Below are positions 35,584-50,898 of a stretch of DNA of 64,000 nucleotides, one piece after another (positions within the stretch are counted from its first letter, which is position 1; each line of letters opens with the position of its first letter). Where the stretch lies: assembly GCF_988243305.1 (NCBI RefSeq), contig NZ_OZ547136.1, one strand, 5' to 3'. Both the position numbers and the translations under genes were made by a program. The notes under the pieces were generated by a model. The model worked only from the letters and a program-made list of their open reading frames with translations, did not search any database and was not told the origin of the DNA.

Positions 35584-35997
35584 TTAGTTGATTTCGATAC
35601 GGCGCGGTTTTTTCGCTTCCGGAATCACGCGTTCGAGATCGATATACAGCAGACCATTCACCAGGTTAGCGCCACGAACATGAATGTTCTCAGCTAACTG
35701 GAATTTGCGTTCAAAGTTGCGTTCAGCGATGCCCTGGTACAGATAGGTGCGCTCTTTTTGTTCGTCGGCGTGAGCACCTTTCACCACCAGCAGATTATCC
35801 TGGGCGGTAATTTCCAGTTCGCTCTCAGCAAAACCAGCCACAGCGATAGCAATGCGGTAATGGTTTTCGTCTACCAGTTCAACGTTATACGGAGGGTAGC
35901 CGCCATTACTCTGGCTCTGGTTGTTTTCTAAGTGGTTAAACAAACGGTCAAATCCAATAGCAGAACGGTAAAGCGGGGATAAATCAAAGTTACGCAT
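35584..35997 (-). CDS. ibpA: Small heat shock protein IbpA
   Basis: Start [19 protein letters not shown] gives 137 aa; alpha-crystallin domain. Confidence 0.9.
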
Positions 35998-36097
35998 AAT
36001 CAATAGCTCCTGAAATCAGCGAGAATGTAAGACCTTCCACAATGGACAGGTCAGGTAGCCAGAACACCCATCAGGCGCGTCCTCATCGGCTACGATG

Positions 36098-36130
36098 TAA
36101 AAATGGGTCTGGAAATGAACTTTTCAAGCC
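36098..36130 (-). promoter_or_regulatory. Sigma-32 heat-shock promoter of ibpAB
   Basis: Minus strand CTTGAAAA-N14-CCCATTTT matches sigma-32 consensus (TTGAAA / CCCCATNT), ~100 nt upstream of ibpA. Confidence 0.6.
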
Positions 36131-36302
36131 TTATCAGCGGACTTTTTTTTGCAGTTTATGGTCTATTGCATAGACTGAGGGGGCAGCACGAAACGTTAAA
36201 GTGCGATAGCCGCCACAGTGCGACGTTATGATGATGTTATTTTCAGCAAGGGATCGCTATAACTCATCAGGCCAACACCCACGATCAACAGATGAATTTA
36301 TT

Positions 36303-36635
36303 ATGATAAGAAATGTGTTGTTAGCGTTCATGATATGCAGCGGAATGACATTACTTGGAGGATGCTCCAGCGTGATGTCCCATACCGGGGGGAAAGAAGG
36401 AACGTATCCCGGCACCCGCGCCAGCGCCACCATGATTGGCGACGATGAAACCAACTGGGGCACTAAGTCGCTGGCGATTCTCGATATGCCGTTTACCGCT
36501 GTGATGGACTCGCTTTTACTGCCGTGGGACGTGTTCCGCAAAGACAGCTCGGTGCGCTCACGCGTTGAAAAAAGCGAAGCCAACGCGCAAGCCACCAATG
36601 CGGTTATTCCACCGGCCAGAATGCCTGATAACTGA
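36303..36635 (+). CDS. yidQ: Lipoprotein YidQ (DUF1375)
   Basis: Track ORF 36228..36635; start MIRNVLLAFMICSGMTLLGGCSS (lipobox) gives 110 aa. Confidence 0.75.
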   Translation: MIRNVLLAFMICSGMTLLGGCSSVMSHTGGKEGTYPGTRASATMIGDDETNWGTKSLAILDMPFTAVMDSLLLPWDVFRKDSSVRSRVEKSEANAQATNAVIPPARMPDN

Positions 36636-36636
36636 T

Positions 36637-37887
36637 TTAGCGATCAGTTTCGGTGATCCACAGCTGGCCGCCTTCCATCCACGCCAGCCATTGACCATCC
36701 GGCGAGAAGACCACGGCGTCCGCAGAAGGTGGATTGGCGTGGTTTTCGGTTAAATACTCAACCTCGCCGCTTTGCGCATGGGCGCAAGCAATTCGATTAT
36801 CCAGCACAAAGCCCAACCATTCTCCTGACGGATGCCAGTTAAATGCAGACTGAATATCCGTTTTGTTATGGGTTAACTGGCGCGGCTCGCCGCCTTGTGG
36901 CGAGATAAGCCACAGTTGCACAATGCCGTTATCATCACGCATTAAAAACGCGATTTGCGTACCCTGCGGATTACAGCGCACCCAGTGGCGCGGGACGTTG
37001 ACTAACCCCGGATAAGCCCGATGGTGGGTAAAGGTTAAACGTCGCTGCACGACGCCGCGCGGTGGCGCGGGCAGGGTTGTTTCCGTTCCACTTAACGGCG
37101 CATCACCTGCCGCTTTCCAGCCAGCTTCATCTTGCGGTAACTCAACGATAAATAGCTCCGGCACTTTCTCGCCCTTTGGCGAAAGTGTGTCGCCAATAAA
37201 CGCCAGCGCGTGATTTCCTACCCATCCTTCTTCATAAGCACGATTGATTTCATCGCTGCCAGGCTGCGGCGTGGGCGTGGTTTTACTCACCAGCACGCAC
37301 CAGTGGCTACCGCTGTATTCACGCGGATGCTGCTTTTGTACGTTGACCGGGCCAAACGGTGCCGCAACACCGACGTTTCGCAAATCCAGCGCCGAATCGA
37401 GTTGATGCATTACATGGTCGTTATAGGTAAAGCTCACCCTTTCACCGTTCGGGCTAAAGACATGTACATGACTGCCGCCGCGCAGCGCTCCTGGGGTGTA
37501 CGGTGCGGTAATATCCATTGCATCGAGATTGCTCACCTTGCCGCCTTCAACAATCACTCCGCGCCGATGATGGAAGTCGTAATACCATGTTTCATCAGGA
37601 TTTTCCGGGCCGTGGATGAAAACATATTTCTCTGACTTCGGATGAACGGTCACCACGCCGACGTACGCGCCCTGTGACGCGCGATAGATAACCTCGACCT
37701 CTCCAGTATGGATATTCACACGCTCAATGGTCTCGCCGGTAAACGACGCGCCAGAAGGACGCACGTCAAATACCAGCCACTGGCTGTCGGGCGTCCAGGT
37801 ATTGGTATTGGTGAGCAGGTGATTACGGGGAGCAAAGGTTATCTGTTTCATGGCGCGGTCCTGATACAAAACGGGTCCCGCCATCAT
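36637..37887 (-). CDS. yidR: YidR (WD40/beta-propeller-like, DUF3748)
   Basis: 416 aa ORF in conserved position. Confidence 0.8.
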   Translation of the reverse strand: MMAGPVLYQDRAMKQITFAPRNHLLTNTNTWTPDSQWLVFDVRPSGASFTGETIERVNIHTGEVEVIYRASQGAYVGVVTVHPKSEKYVFIHGPENPDETWYYDFHHRRGVIVEGGKVSNLDAMDITAPYTPGALRGGSHVHVFSPNGERVSFTYNDHVMHQLDSALDLRNVGVAAPFGPVNVQKQHPREYSGSHWCVLVSKTTPTPQPGSDEINRAYEEGWVGNHALAFIGDTLSPKGEKVPELFIVELPQDEAGWKAAGDAPLSGTETTLPAPPRGVVQRRLTFTHHRAYPGLVNVPRHWVRCNPQGTQIAFLMRDDNGIVQLWLISPQGGEPRQLTHNKTDIQSAFNWHPSGEWLGFVLDNRIACAHAQSGEVEYLTENHANPPSADAVVFSPDGQWLAWMEGGQLWITETDR

Positions 37888-37951
37888 ACTTCACAAGGAC
37901 TTCACTTTCAGACAATAGTCTTTCGCCATCGTGATGAATGTGAGTGAAAAG

Positions 37952-39016
37952 ATGGAACATTTCGACGTGGCGATTATTGGCCTCGGCCCTGCAGGGTCGG
38001 CGTTGGCGCGAAAGTTAGCCGGCAAAATGCAGGTGATCGCGCTGGATAAAAAGCACCAGCATGGTACTGAAGGTTTCAGCAAACCTTGTGGCGGTCTGCT
38101 GGCACCGGACGCGCAGCGATCTTTTATTCGCGATGGACTGACGCTTCCTGTCGATGTGATCGCCAATCCACAGATTTTCAGCGTCAAAACCATCGACGTC
38201 GCCGCATCGCTCACACGTAACTACCAGCGAAGCTATATCAATATTAATCGCCATGCTTTCGACTTGTGGATGAAATCTTTGATCCCCGCCAGCGTTGAGG
38301 TTTACCACGACAGCCTGTGCCGAAAAATCTGGCGTGAGGATGATAAATGGCATGTCATTTTTCGTGCAGACGGTTGGGAGCAGCATATTACTGCCCGCTA
38401 TCTGGTCGGTGCCGATGGCGCAAACTCGATGGTGCGGCGACATCTCTACCCGGATCATCAAATTCGTAAATATGTCGCTATCCAGCAGTGGTTCGCAGAG
38501 AAACATCCGGTGCCGTTCTACTCCTGCATCTTTGATAATGCGATAACTGACTGTTACTCATGGAGTATCAGCAAAGACGGTTATTTTATCTTTGGCGGTG
38601 CCTATCCAATGAAAGACGGTCAGACGCGTTTCGCGACGCTGAAAGAGAAAATGAGCGCCTTTCAGTTCCAGTTTGGCAAAGCGGTGAAAAGTGAGAAATG
38701 TACCGTGTTGTTTCCCTCACGCTGGCAGGATTTTGTCTGCGGTAAGGACAATGCCTTTCTGATTGGTGAAGCAGCGGGATTTATCAGCGCCAGCTCGCTG
38801 GAGGGAATTAGCTATGCGCTGGATAGCGCAGAGATTCTGCGTTCGGTGTTACTGAAGCAGCCGGAGAAGAGCAACGCCGCCTACTGGCGCGCCACCCGCA
38901 AACTGCGTTTAAAACTCTTCGGCAAGATAGTAAAAAGCCGATGCCTGACCGCACCGGCTTTAAGAAAGTGGATTATGCGCAGTGGTGTGGCGCATATTCC
39001 ACAGTTGAAAGATTAG
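37952..39016 (+). CDS. cbrA: FAD-binding oxidoreductase CbrA (colicin E2 tolerance)
   Basis: Track ORF 37931..39016; start [19 protein letters not shown] (FAD-binding GxGxxG) gives 354 aa. Confidence 0.8.
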
Positions 39017-40305
39017 CCAACGCGCTTCACATCGCCCACCAGCAGGATGTAAGAGAGCGCGCCAATCAACGCGACGGCGGAGATATAAACCAGTGCAGGC
39101 GCGAAACCGTAACCCTGCGCCAGGTAACCCACCACCAACGGAACGGTGATGCCGCCCAGACCACCGGCAAAGTTAAACACGCCGCCGGTTAAACCAATCA
39201 GGCGCATCGGTGCCAGAGAAGAAACCAGCGACCAGGTAATCGAAGCAAAACCGTTACCGAAGAATGCCAGCGCCATCAGGCACATAATCATCATCGGATC
39301 GTTAGTGTAGTTAGCGCCCATAATGCAGGTGGAGATCAGCAAGCCGCAGATAATCGGCGTTTTACGCGCAAAGCCCAGTGAAAAGCCCTTACGTACCAGC
39401 AGATCCGCGACCCAGCCAGAGAGCAGGACGCCGACAAACGCCGCGAGGAATGGCACCGTGGTCATAAAGCCTGCTTTCAGCGCTGTGATTCCTTTTTCCT
39501 GGGTTAAATAGTTCGGGAACCAGGTTAAGAAAAACCACAGTGTAGAAGCCACCGCAAATTGCCCAAGATAGACGCCAATCAGTTTACGATGGAACACCAG
39601 TTTCCAGTCTTTGGCTGTTAACGGCTGACGCGCCTCTTTCTTCACCGGCGCATCACCATCCACCAGACCGCCGCCATCACGAATGTAATCCAGTTCAGCT
39701 TTGCTGATACCTTTAGTCAGGCGCGGCGGCTGATAAACCTTAAACCAAATCAGCGACCAGATAATGCCGATACCACCAGTGACAATGAACACCCAGTGCC
39801 AGCTCAACATCTCCTGAATCCAGATCAGCAGCGGAGTCAGAAACGCCAGACCGACAAACTGACCAGACGTATAAAAACCAACGGCGGAAGCGCGTTCATG
39901 TTCCGGGAACCAGCTGGTCACCATCCGGTTATTGGTCGGGAAAGCGGGCGCTTCGAAAATACCGGTTATCGCGCGCAGACCAATTAATGACATTAATCCC
40001 GTGGCAAAGCCCTGGAATAAAGTCGCCACTGACCAGCCAAATATCGCAATAAAATAAGTCACGCGTGAACCTACGCGATCTAAGAACCAACCGCCGGGGA
40101 TCTGGCATAACGTATAAAGCCATGCGAAGGCCGAAAATACATAGCCCATTTCCGCTTTCGTAATGCCGAACTCTTCCTGAATATGAGCGGAAGCCACGGC
40201 CAGGTTAGCGCGGTCAACATAACAAATGACCACCGTAATAAAGATCATCACCAGCGTCAGATAACGCCGACGCCCCGGCTTTGCTGCATTAACGGGAATA
40301 TCCAT
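39013..40305 (-). CDS. dgoT: D-galactonate:H+ symporter (MFS)
   Basis: Track ORF 39013..40350; start [22 protein letters not shown] gives 430 aa; first gene of the dgo cluster. Confidence 0.85.
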
Positions 40306-40424
40306 AGCGAGCTTTCTCCAGATTTTGGGCATAGCGAAGCCGCTCACCATGCCCTGTAATTTACAGAGGGTTATATTTTTGTATTACTGTTTTAGTGCCC
40401 GATGAGGGGCTTACGTGGCAGGAA

Positions 40425-41573
40425 TTACCACTCTGCTACGCTGTTATCTTCATGACGCCAGAGCGGATTACGCCAGTCCGGGGCATTTTTACTGAACTCA
40501 ATAACTTTAGCTTCGTCGATTTCCACGCCTAAGCCCGGTTTCGTTAGCGGTTTAAAGAAGCCGCCAACCATGCTGAAGTCTTCTTTGTTTTTCACAAAGT
40601 CGAGTAACTCCGCGCCTTTGTTGTAATGAATGCCCATACTTTGTTCCTGAAGTACGGCGTTATAGGAAACAAAGTCGATATGCAGACAAGCCGCCAGTGC
40701 AATCGGTCCGAGCGGACAGTGCGGCGCAAGGGTCACGTCATAGGCTTCTGCCATTCCGGCAATTTTGTAGCATTCGGTAATACCGCCTGCATGAGAGAGA
40801 TCTGGTTGCAGAATCGAAATACCGCCCGCCTCCAGCACGCGTTTAAAATCGAAGCGTGAGAACATGCGTTCACCCGCCGCCAGTGGAATATGCGTTTGTG
40901 CCGCCAGTTTCGGGTAGTATTCGGCTTGTTCCGCCAGCACCGGCTCTTCAATAAACAGCGGGCGATACGGCTCCAGTTCTTTAATCAGCACTTTCGCCAT
41001 CGGCGCGCTGACGCGACCGTGGAAATCAAGACCAAACTCAATCTGATTGCCAAAAGCTTCACGAATTTGTGCCACGGTGTTGACTGCCGCATCTACCGCG
41101 CGGGAGTTATCAATTAGCCCCAGTTCTTCACAACCGTTCAGTTTGAAGGTATCGAAGCCGATTTCGCGCAGGGTTTTAATGCCGTCGATAACATCCGCCG
41201 GACGATCGCCGCCGACCCAACTGTAGGCTTTAATTTTGTCGCGAACCAGGCCGCCCATCAGTTGCCACACCGGCGTATTCAGCACTTTGCCTTTGATATC
41301 CCATAACGCCTGGTCGATCCCGGCGATGGCGCTCATCAGGATTGGACCGCCACGATAAAATCCGGCGCGATACATCACTTGCCATAAGTCATTGATGCGC
41401 GATGGATCCTGACCAATCAAATAGTCACCCAGCTCGTGAACTGCCGCTTCCACCGTACGGGCGCGGCCTTCGATCACGGGCTCGCCCCAGCCGACTACGC
41501 CTTCATCGGTTTCAATTTTCAGGAACATCCAGCGGGGAGGTAAACGATACGTGGTAATTTTGGTGATTTTCAT
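40425..41573 (-). CDS. dgoD: D-galactonate dehydratase (enolase superfamily)
   Basis: 382 aa MR/MLE-type enzyme, overlaps dgoA. Confidence 0.95.
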   Translation of the reverse strand: MKITKITTYRLPPRWMFLKIETDEGVVGWGEPVIEGRARTVEAAVHELGDYLIGQDPSRINDLWQVMYRAGFYRGGPILMSAIAGIDQALWDIKGKVLNTPVWQLMGGLVRDKIKAYSWVGGDRPADVIDGIKTLREIGFDTFKLNGCEELGLIDNSRAVDAAVNTVAQIREAFGNQIEFGLDFHGRVSAPMAKVLIKELEPYRPLFIEEPVLAEQAEYYPKLAAQTHIPLAAGERMFSRFDFKRVLEAGGISILQPDLSHAGGITECYKIAGMAEAYDVTLAPHCPLGPIALAACLHIDFVSYNAVLQEQSMGIHYNKGAELLDFVKNKEDFSMVGGFFKPLTKPGLGVEIDEAKVIEFSKNAPDWRNPLWRHEDNSVAEW

Positions 41574-42187
41574 TGCACTGCCTCTCGATACGCCTTAACA
41601 AATGCTGCTGCTTGCTGCGCCGTGCGTTCTACGGATTGCCCCGCGCGATAGAGATCGCTGCCTAAACCTGCTCCTGCACAACCTGCGTCTATCCACTGCG
41701 CCAGGTTTTCTGGTGTCACGCCGCCAACGGCAAAGACTGCGATGTCCGGTGGTAATACCGCTTTTAACGCTTTGATGTATTGCGGACCAAAAGCCGATGA
41801 CGGGAATATTTTCAGCGCCTGCGCACCCGCTTCGAGCGCGGTAAAGGCTTCGGTCGCCGTCGCGCAGCCGGGGCAAACGGTCATGCCGTAGCCCACCGCA
41901 CGGCGGATCACTTCACTATGGATATTGGGCGTAACGATGAGCTGGCAGCCCATCCTGGCGAGTGCATCGACCTGTTCAGGTTTCAGTACCGTACCTGCGC
42001 CAATCAACGCCTTATCGCCGTATGCATCAACGATGGCGGGAATGCTCTGCTCCCATTGAGGGGAATTCAGCGGGATTTCAACCGCGTCGAACCCGGCGTC
42101 AATCACCGCGCCAACATGCGCCAGCGCCTCGTCGGGCGTAATACCGCGCAAAATGGCGATCAGCGGGAGTTTAGTTTGCCACTGCAT
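41570..42187 (-). CDS. dgoA: 2-dehydro-3-deoxy-6-phosphogalactonate aldolase
   Basis: 205 aa KDPG/KDPGal aldolase family. Confidence 0.9.
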   Translation of the reverse strand: MQWQTKLPLIAILRGITPDEALAHVGAVIDAGFDAVEIPLNSPQWEQSIPAIVDAYGDKALIGAGTVLKPEQVDALARMGCQLIVTPNIHSEVIRRAVGYGMTVCPGCATATEAFTALEAGAQALKIFPSSAFGPQYIKALKAVLPPDIAVFAVGGVTPENLAQWIDAGCAGAGLGSDLYRAGQSVERTAQQAAAFVKAYREAVQ

Positions 42188-43049
42188 GAGCGATGCTCCT
42201 TATACCAGCCTGAAATGCCGTGTCGCCCGCTACCGCCGTCACGTCGCACCCCATCGCCTGAAAGGCTTGCTGGTAGCGCGCGGTCAGCGATGTTCCGGCG
42301 ACAAGGGTGATGGCGTGTTGATGGGTTACATAGTCGCGCATACTGGCGACCTCTGCGCCAATCAACAATCCAGAGAGAAATTCGCTGACCTGTTCGCGGG
42401 GAAGTGTTCCCAGCACATGCGAGGCGCGAACTTCAAAAAGCTGCGGCAATATGGCGGGCGCATTAAGGCCACGCTCAAGACCAGCCGCGAAGACATCGGC
42501 AGAGTTTTCCTGCGGCGGCAAACCTGCGCCAATCAATGAGTGATTTAACAGTAAATGATGTAATTCACCGGTCATCACGGTGCGAAAATCGTTGATTTGC
42601 TGGCTATCGGCCTGCACCCATTTGCAATGGGTACCGGGCATAACATAAAGAGAGGAAGGAGCGAGAGCACGCGCGCCGATCAATTGTGTTTCTTCGCCGC
42701 GCATCACATTGTGGTTATCGTCATGAGAGACGCATAATCCGGGAATAATCCAGATATTGTCGCCAACCGACGTTAATTGTTCGCCAATAGACGAAAAACG
42801 GGCAGGAACAGATAAATACGGAGCAACTTTCCAGCCGACATTGCTGCCGACCATTCCTGCCATCACCACTGGCGTATTCTCTTCATGCCAGTCGGTTGTG
42901 ACTTCTGCTAACACCGCAGCCGGAGATTTTCCGTTCAGGCGCGTGACGCCTGCTTCTGATTGCCTGCTCTCCAGGCAGTGGTCGCCCTGATAAAGCCAGG
43001 CGCGCAGATTGGTCGATCCCCAGTCAATTGCGATGTAGCGAGCTGTCAT
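42171..43049 (-). CDS. dgoK: 2-dehydro-3-deoxygalactonokinase
   Basis: 292 aa, overlaps dgoA and dgoR. Confidence 0.9.
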   Translation of the reverse strand: MTARYIAIDWGSTNLRAWLYQGDHCLESRQSEAGVTRLNGKSPAAVLAEVTTDWHEENTPVVMAGMVGSNVGWKVAPYLSVPARFSSIGEQLTSVGDNIWIIPGLCVSHDDNHNVMRGEETQLIGARALAPSSLYVMPGTHCKWVQADSQQINDFRTVMTGELHHLLLNHSLIGAGLPPQENSADVFAAGLERGLNAPAILPQLFEVRASHVLGTLPREQVSEFLSGLLIGAEVASMRDYVTHQHAITLVAGTSLTARYQQAFQAMGCDVTAVAGDTAFQAGIRSIAHAVAN

Positions 43050-43735
43050 GTGATTTCCTTTAACCTTCGTGTCGAGCTGGCGATCATGGTAAGCGCCGCC
43101 TGCTCTGCCGCATCGCCGTCCTGATGCCGTATAGCATCGAACAGCGCCTTATGTTCCTGGAGCGTTTGCGGCATGTTGGCCTCATCGCCCATCCAGGTTC
43201 GTTCAAAAACCGCCCGCTGCAGCGAACTGATCGCAATGCTAAGTTGCTGTAACACCGGGTTATGCACCGACTGCAGCACCGCCTCGTGGTAGCGAATATC
43301 CGCTTCGTTAAACGCTTCGCGGTCCTGATTGTTGGCAATCATCTCGTTCAGCGCCGATTCAATCTGCGCCAGATCGCTGGAAGTCGCGCGCTCTGCTGCC
43401 CAACGGGCAATCGCCGGTTCCACCAGATTTCGCACTTCGCTCATGGCACTGATAAGCCGTGGGTCGTAGTCGTTTTCCAGCACCCATTGCAGTACGTCAG
43501 TGTCGAGGTAATTCCACTGGTTACGCGGTGCCACAAACGCGCCGCGATAACGTTTCATTTCAATCAGCCGCTTCGCCATCAACGAGCGGAACACCTCACG
43601 GATGATGTTGCGCGAGGTTGCAAACTCCTCACAGAGTTCCGCCTCAGCCGGAAGCGGCGAGCCTGGTACGTATTTGCCGTGAACGATCTGTTTACCCAGC
43701 GTAATGACGATGCGATCGGTTTTATTGAGAGTCAT
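43046..43735 (-). CDS. dgoR: GntR/FadR-family repressor of the dgo operon
   Basis: 229 aa with N-terminal GntR HTH. Confidence 0.9.
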   Translation of the reverse strand: MTLNKTDRIVITLGKQIVHGKYVPGSPLPAEAELCEEFATSRNIIREVFRSLMAKRLIEMKRYRGAFVAPRNQWNYLDTDVLQWVLENDYDPRLISAMSEVRNLVEPAIARWAAERATSSDLAQIESALNEMIANNQDREAFNEADIRYHEAVLQSVHNPVLQQLSIAISSLQRAVFERTWMGDEANMPQTLQEHKALFDAIRHQDGDAAEQAALTMIASSTRRLKEIT

Positions 43736-43788
43736 GGAGAGTCCTTGTGCTCTGTATGTTCTTCTCTACTTTACCCCGATCGATGCAT

Positions 43789-43875
43789 AACACGGCAACT
43801 TTGTAGTACCAGCGTGATGACGTTCGCGTTTGCCGTGTGCGTAATGTAGTACAAAATTATATTGTTGTACTACAA
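43789..43875. promoter_or_regulatory. dgo promoter region with putative DgoR operators
   Basis: Inverted repeat TGTAGTACA-N13-TGTACTACA (43844..43875) plus a third half-site TTGTAGTACCA (~43801), immediately upstream of dgoR. Confidence 0.45.
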
Positions 43876-44012
43876 TTTAGATCACAAAAAGAACAATGCA
43901 TAAAAAAATGACATGCGTCGGGCAGAAATCTGAAAAGGGATGTCAGACGCTAAACAGGAGGGAAAGAAGAGTATGCTTTCAACGGCTTAGCTACTCGTTT
44001 AAAGGATTAATC

Positions 44013-44669
44013 ATGAAGTTGAATTTTAAGGGATTTTTTAAGGCTGCCGGTTTGTGTTCTTTGGCATTTGCGTTGACCGGATGTATCACCTGGGGATTGG
44101 TTTCCAATACTGCAAGCCGTCCACATGCCGAGCAATGGCGGTCAGACACGATTAAGGGTTTATCGCTGGCAGAAGATAGTAACGGTACGAAAGGCTATGT
44201 TTTTGTTGGTGAATCGTTGGACTATCTGTTGACCACCGGCGGCGGTGAGGTGGTTAAAATGCTGAACGATCCGGCAATTCATGGTGAAAGAATCACCGTT
44301 TCTGATAACGCGAAATTTATTTTAAGCAGCAGTAATAAGAAATTCTCTGGTGCTATTACGCTCTATTACGACTGGAACAACGAAGAAGATAAGGCACTGG
44401 CAACACAATATGGTTTTATTTGTGATACCCGGCGTTGTACATGGATGCTGGACGGTTTGAAAGGCTCAATCCACCAGAAAAATAAAAAAGCGGATTACTC
44501 AAACGTGATGGTTTTCCATCAACCCTTTACGGTGGGATTTTATGAGTACAAAGCAACAGATGGCGTCCCGCGCGGCCTCGTTAATGCGCTGCTGCCAGTC
44601 ACTCTTACGCTGGATATAGTAACGTCACCACTCCAGTTCCTGATTTTATGCACGACCAGAAATTGTTAA
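44013..44669 (+). CDS. yidX: Putative lipoprotein YidX
   Basis: Track ORF 43896..44669; start [24 protein letters not shown] (lipobox) gives 218 aa. Confidence 0.75.
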   Translation: MKLNFKGFFKAAGLCSLAFALTGCITWGLVSNTASRPHAEQWRSDTIKGLSLAEDSNGTKGYVFVGESLDYLLTTGGGEVVKMLNDPAIHGERITVSDNAKFILSSSNKKFSGAITLYYDWNNEEDKALATQYGFICDTRRCTWMLDGLKGSIHQKNKKADYSNVMVFHQPFTVGFYEYKATDGVPRGLVNALLPVTLTLDIVTSPLQFLILCTTRNC

Positions 44670-44674
44670 TCGCT

Positions 44675-44705
44675 GCGGGCAAACGCATTCATGCCGTTTG
44701 CCCAT
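44675..44705. terminator. Bidirectional terminator between yidX and yidA
   Basis: Perfect 9-bp stem gggcaaacg / cgtttgccc with 9-nt loop between convergent genes. Confidence 0.5.
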
Positions 44706-44712
44706 TCACTGA

Positions 44713-45525
44713 TTAATTCAGCACATACTTTTCAATGGCAAACGCCACGCCATCTTCAAGGTTGGATTTGGTGACAAAGTTCGCCACTTCTTTCACCGAA
44801 GGAATAGCATTATCCATTGCCACACCGACACCTGCATATTCAATCATTGCGATGTCGTTTTCCTGATCGCCAATCGCCATGATTTCTTCCGGTTTAATAC
44901 CTAACACGTCGGCCAGTGATTTCACACCCGTACCTTTGTTAACGCGTTTATCGAGGATTTCGAGGAAGTATGGCGCACTTTTCAGCACGGTATATTTCTC
45001 TTTCACTTCCTGTGGAATACGCGCGATAGCCTGGTCGAGGATGGCGGGTTCATCAATCATCATCACTTTCAGGAACTGGGTATTGGGGTCCATTTTCTCC
45101 GCTTCGCAGAACACCAGCGGGATCGTCGCCACAAACGACTCATGCACGGTGTAAGGGCTGATATCCCGGTTGGCGGTGTACAGCGTGGTGCGGTCCAGGG
45201 CGTGGAAATGAGAACCGACTTCGCGAGAGAGTTTTTCCAGGAAACGGTAGTCGTCATAGCTGAGAGCGGTTTGCGCCACGGTGCTGCTATCAGCGGCCTT
45301 CTGTACCAGCGCGCCGTTATAAGTAATGCAGTAGTCGCCCGGCTGTTCCATATGCAGCTCTTTCAGGTAGTTGTGAACGCCTGCATAAGGGCGACCCGTC
45401 GTCAGCACAACATTCACGCCACGGGCGCGAGCTGCGGCAATCGCATTTTTAACGGCGGGTGAAATGGTGTGATCGGGCAGCAGAAGGGTGCCATCCATAT
45501 CGATAGCAATGAGTTTGATAGCCAT
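44713..45525 (-). CDS. yidA: Sugar phosphatase, HAD superfamily (Cof-type)
   Basis: 270 aa with HAD motif IAIDMDGTLL. Confidence 0.9.
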   Translation of the reverse strand: MAIKLIAIDMDGTLLLPDHTISPAVKNAIAAARARGVNVVLTTGRPYAGVHNYLKELHMEQPGDYCITYNGALVQKAADSSTVAQTALSYDDYRFLEKLSREVGSHFHALDRTTLYTANRDISPYTVHESFVATIPLVFCEAEKMDPNTQFLKVMMIDEPAILDQAIARIPQEVKEKYTVLKSAPYFLEILDKRVNKGTGVKSLADVLGIKPEEIMAIGDQENDIAMIEYAGVGVAMDNAIPSVKEVANFVTKSNLEDGVAFAIEKYVLN

Positions 45526-45639
45526 GAGTTCCCCAGGTAGATTGGTTCCTGACCCATGCTAACGCGATTCCGCTCAAAAATCAGTACAACACCCGAGGGA
45601 AAAGGGGGATGCAACGCGCGTTGCATGCTCCCCTTTTGC

Positions 45640-46038
45640 TTAGCGGAAGAGTTTCCCTTTCAGCAGTTCCATACCTGCGGAAAGCAGATCGTTATTGGCT
45701 TGTGGTGACACTTCACCTTGCGGTGAGAGTGCATCAATAATCTTCGGCAATTGTTCTGCCAGTAAACTGGAAGCTGTACTGGTATCCACGCCCAGTTTTT
45801 GCCCGAGATCGGACACCGCATTTGTGCCGAGCGCCGATTCCAGTTGCTCGCCGCTAACCGATTGATTGCCCTGTTGATTACTCAGCCAGGTTGAGAGAAT
45901 GGCACCTAAACCGCCACTTTGCAGTTTTTCCAGCAGCACCTGAATGCCGCCCTGCTCCTCAACCCAGCTCAAAATGGCCTGATATTTCCCCGCATCGCCT
46001 TTCAGAAAGGCACCGACAACTTCATCAAAAAGCCCCAT
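45640..46038 (-). CDS. yidB: YidB (DUF937)
   Basis: Track ORF 45640..46047; start MGLFDEVVGAF gives 132 aa. Confidence 0.8.
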   Translation of the reverse strand: MGLFDEVVGAFLKGDAGKYQAILSWVEEQGGIQVLLEKLQSGGLGAILSTWLSNQQGNQSVSGEQLESALGTNAVSDLGQKLGVDTSTASSLLAEQLPKIIDALSPQGEVSPQANNDLLSAGMELLKGKLFR

Positions 46039-46113
46039 GATAATCACCTGTAAAGCGTTACGTGTTGACTCAAAAAGTATAGATCTGCGGGATGATAATT
46101 GCGGATTGCAGAA

Positions 46114-46147
46114 ATAAAAAGGGCGAAGATGATCTCCGCCCTTTTCT
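46114..46147 (-). terminator. Intrinsic terminator downstream of gyrB
   Basis: Minus-strand gggcggagaucaucuucgcccuuuuu just 3' of gyrB. Confidence 0.55.
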
Positions 46148-46158
46148 TATAGCTTCTT

Positions 46159-46257
46159 GCCGGATGCGGCGTTAACGTCTGATCCGGCCTACAAAATCAT
46201 GCAAATTCAATATATTGCAGGAGTCTCGTAGGCCTGATAAGCGTAGCGCATCAGGCA
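46159..46257. repeat. Pair of REP elements (BIME-like)
   Basis: gccggatgcggcgttaacgtctgatccggcctac and gtaggcctgataagcgtagcgcatcaggc in opposite orientation. Confidence 0.6.
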
Positions 46258-46277
46258 CGCTCGCATTGTTAACGCCA

Positions 46278-49793
<3,516 letters not shown>

Positions 49794-49794
<1 letters not shown>

Positions 49795-50894
49795 TACAGT
49801 CTCATTGGCATGACAACATAGGCAGCCGACTGTGATGCGGCATCTTCAATCTGCACGCTGGAAACCGAATCGGTCAGCATCATGCGGACGTTTTCACATT
49901 TCAGCGCGTTCAGAACATCCAGCACATAGCTGACGTTGAAGCCGATTTCCATCTCCGCACCGCTATAGGTAACGTCGAGGATCTCTTCCGCTTCTTCCTG
50001 TTCCGGGTTGTTGGCGGTGATTTTCAGCTGGTTTTCGCTGACATACAGACGTACGCCGCGGAATTTCTCGTTAGAGAGAATTGCCGCGCGAGCAAACGCC
50101 TGCTTGAGTAAATCGCAGCCTGCTTCCAGATGCTTGTCTGGGTTTTTCGGCAGAACGCGACGGTAATCCGGGAAGCGACCATCCACCAGTTTCGAGGTGA
50201 AGATAAAGTCGCCAACGTGGGCGCGAATGTTGTTGCTGCCAATCTGCACGCGCAGCGGATTGTCGCCGCCGTCGAGCATACGCATCAGTTCAATCACGCC
50301 TTTACGCGGCACGATCACCGAATGGCTTGGCAAAGATTGACCAATTGGCATTGAACAGACTGCCAGACGGTGGCCGTCGGTCGCCACGGTGCGCAGTTCT
50401 TCACCTTCGGTTTCAAACAGCATACCGTTTAAGTAATAGCGAACGTCCTGATGCGCCATAGAAAACTGGGTCGCTTCAATCAGACGCTTCATCGTCGCCT
50501 GCGGCAGGGTAAATTCGACTTCGCTCTGCCAGTCATCGAGATTCGGGAAATCCGCCGCTGGCAGGGTAGACAGCGAAAAACGGCTACGCCCGGAGCGCAC
50601 CAGCATCCGCTCACCTTCCAGCTGCACGGCAATTTCCGCGCCTTCAGGCAGACCACGGCAGATATCAAAGAATTTGCGCGCTGGAACGGTCGTCGCCCCT
50701 GGCTCGTGTGGCTGAACCAGCGCAACGCGTGCCACCATTTCCATCTCGAGATCAGTACCGGTCAGCGACAACGTACCGTCAGCAACCTGTAACAGCAGAT
50801 TACCGAGAATCGGTAGCGTAGGACGACCACCTAACGGACCGCTCACCTGTTGTAGCGGTTTTAATAAATGCTCACGTTCTACGGTAAATTTCAT
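49794..50894 (-). CDS. dnaN: DNA polymerase III beta sliding clamp
   Basis: 366 aa, [17 protein letters not shown]. Confidence 0.97.
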
Positions 50895-50898
50895 AGGT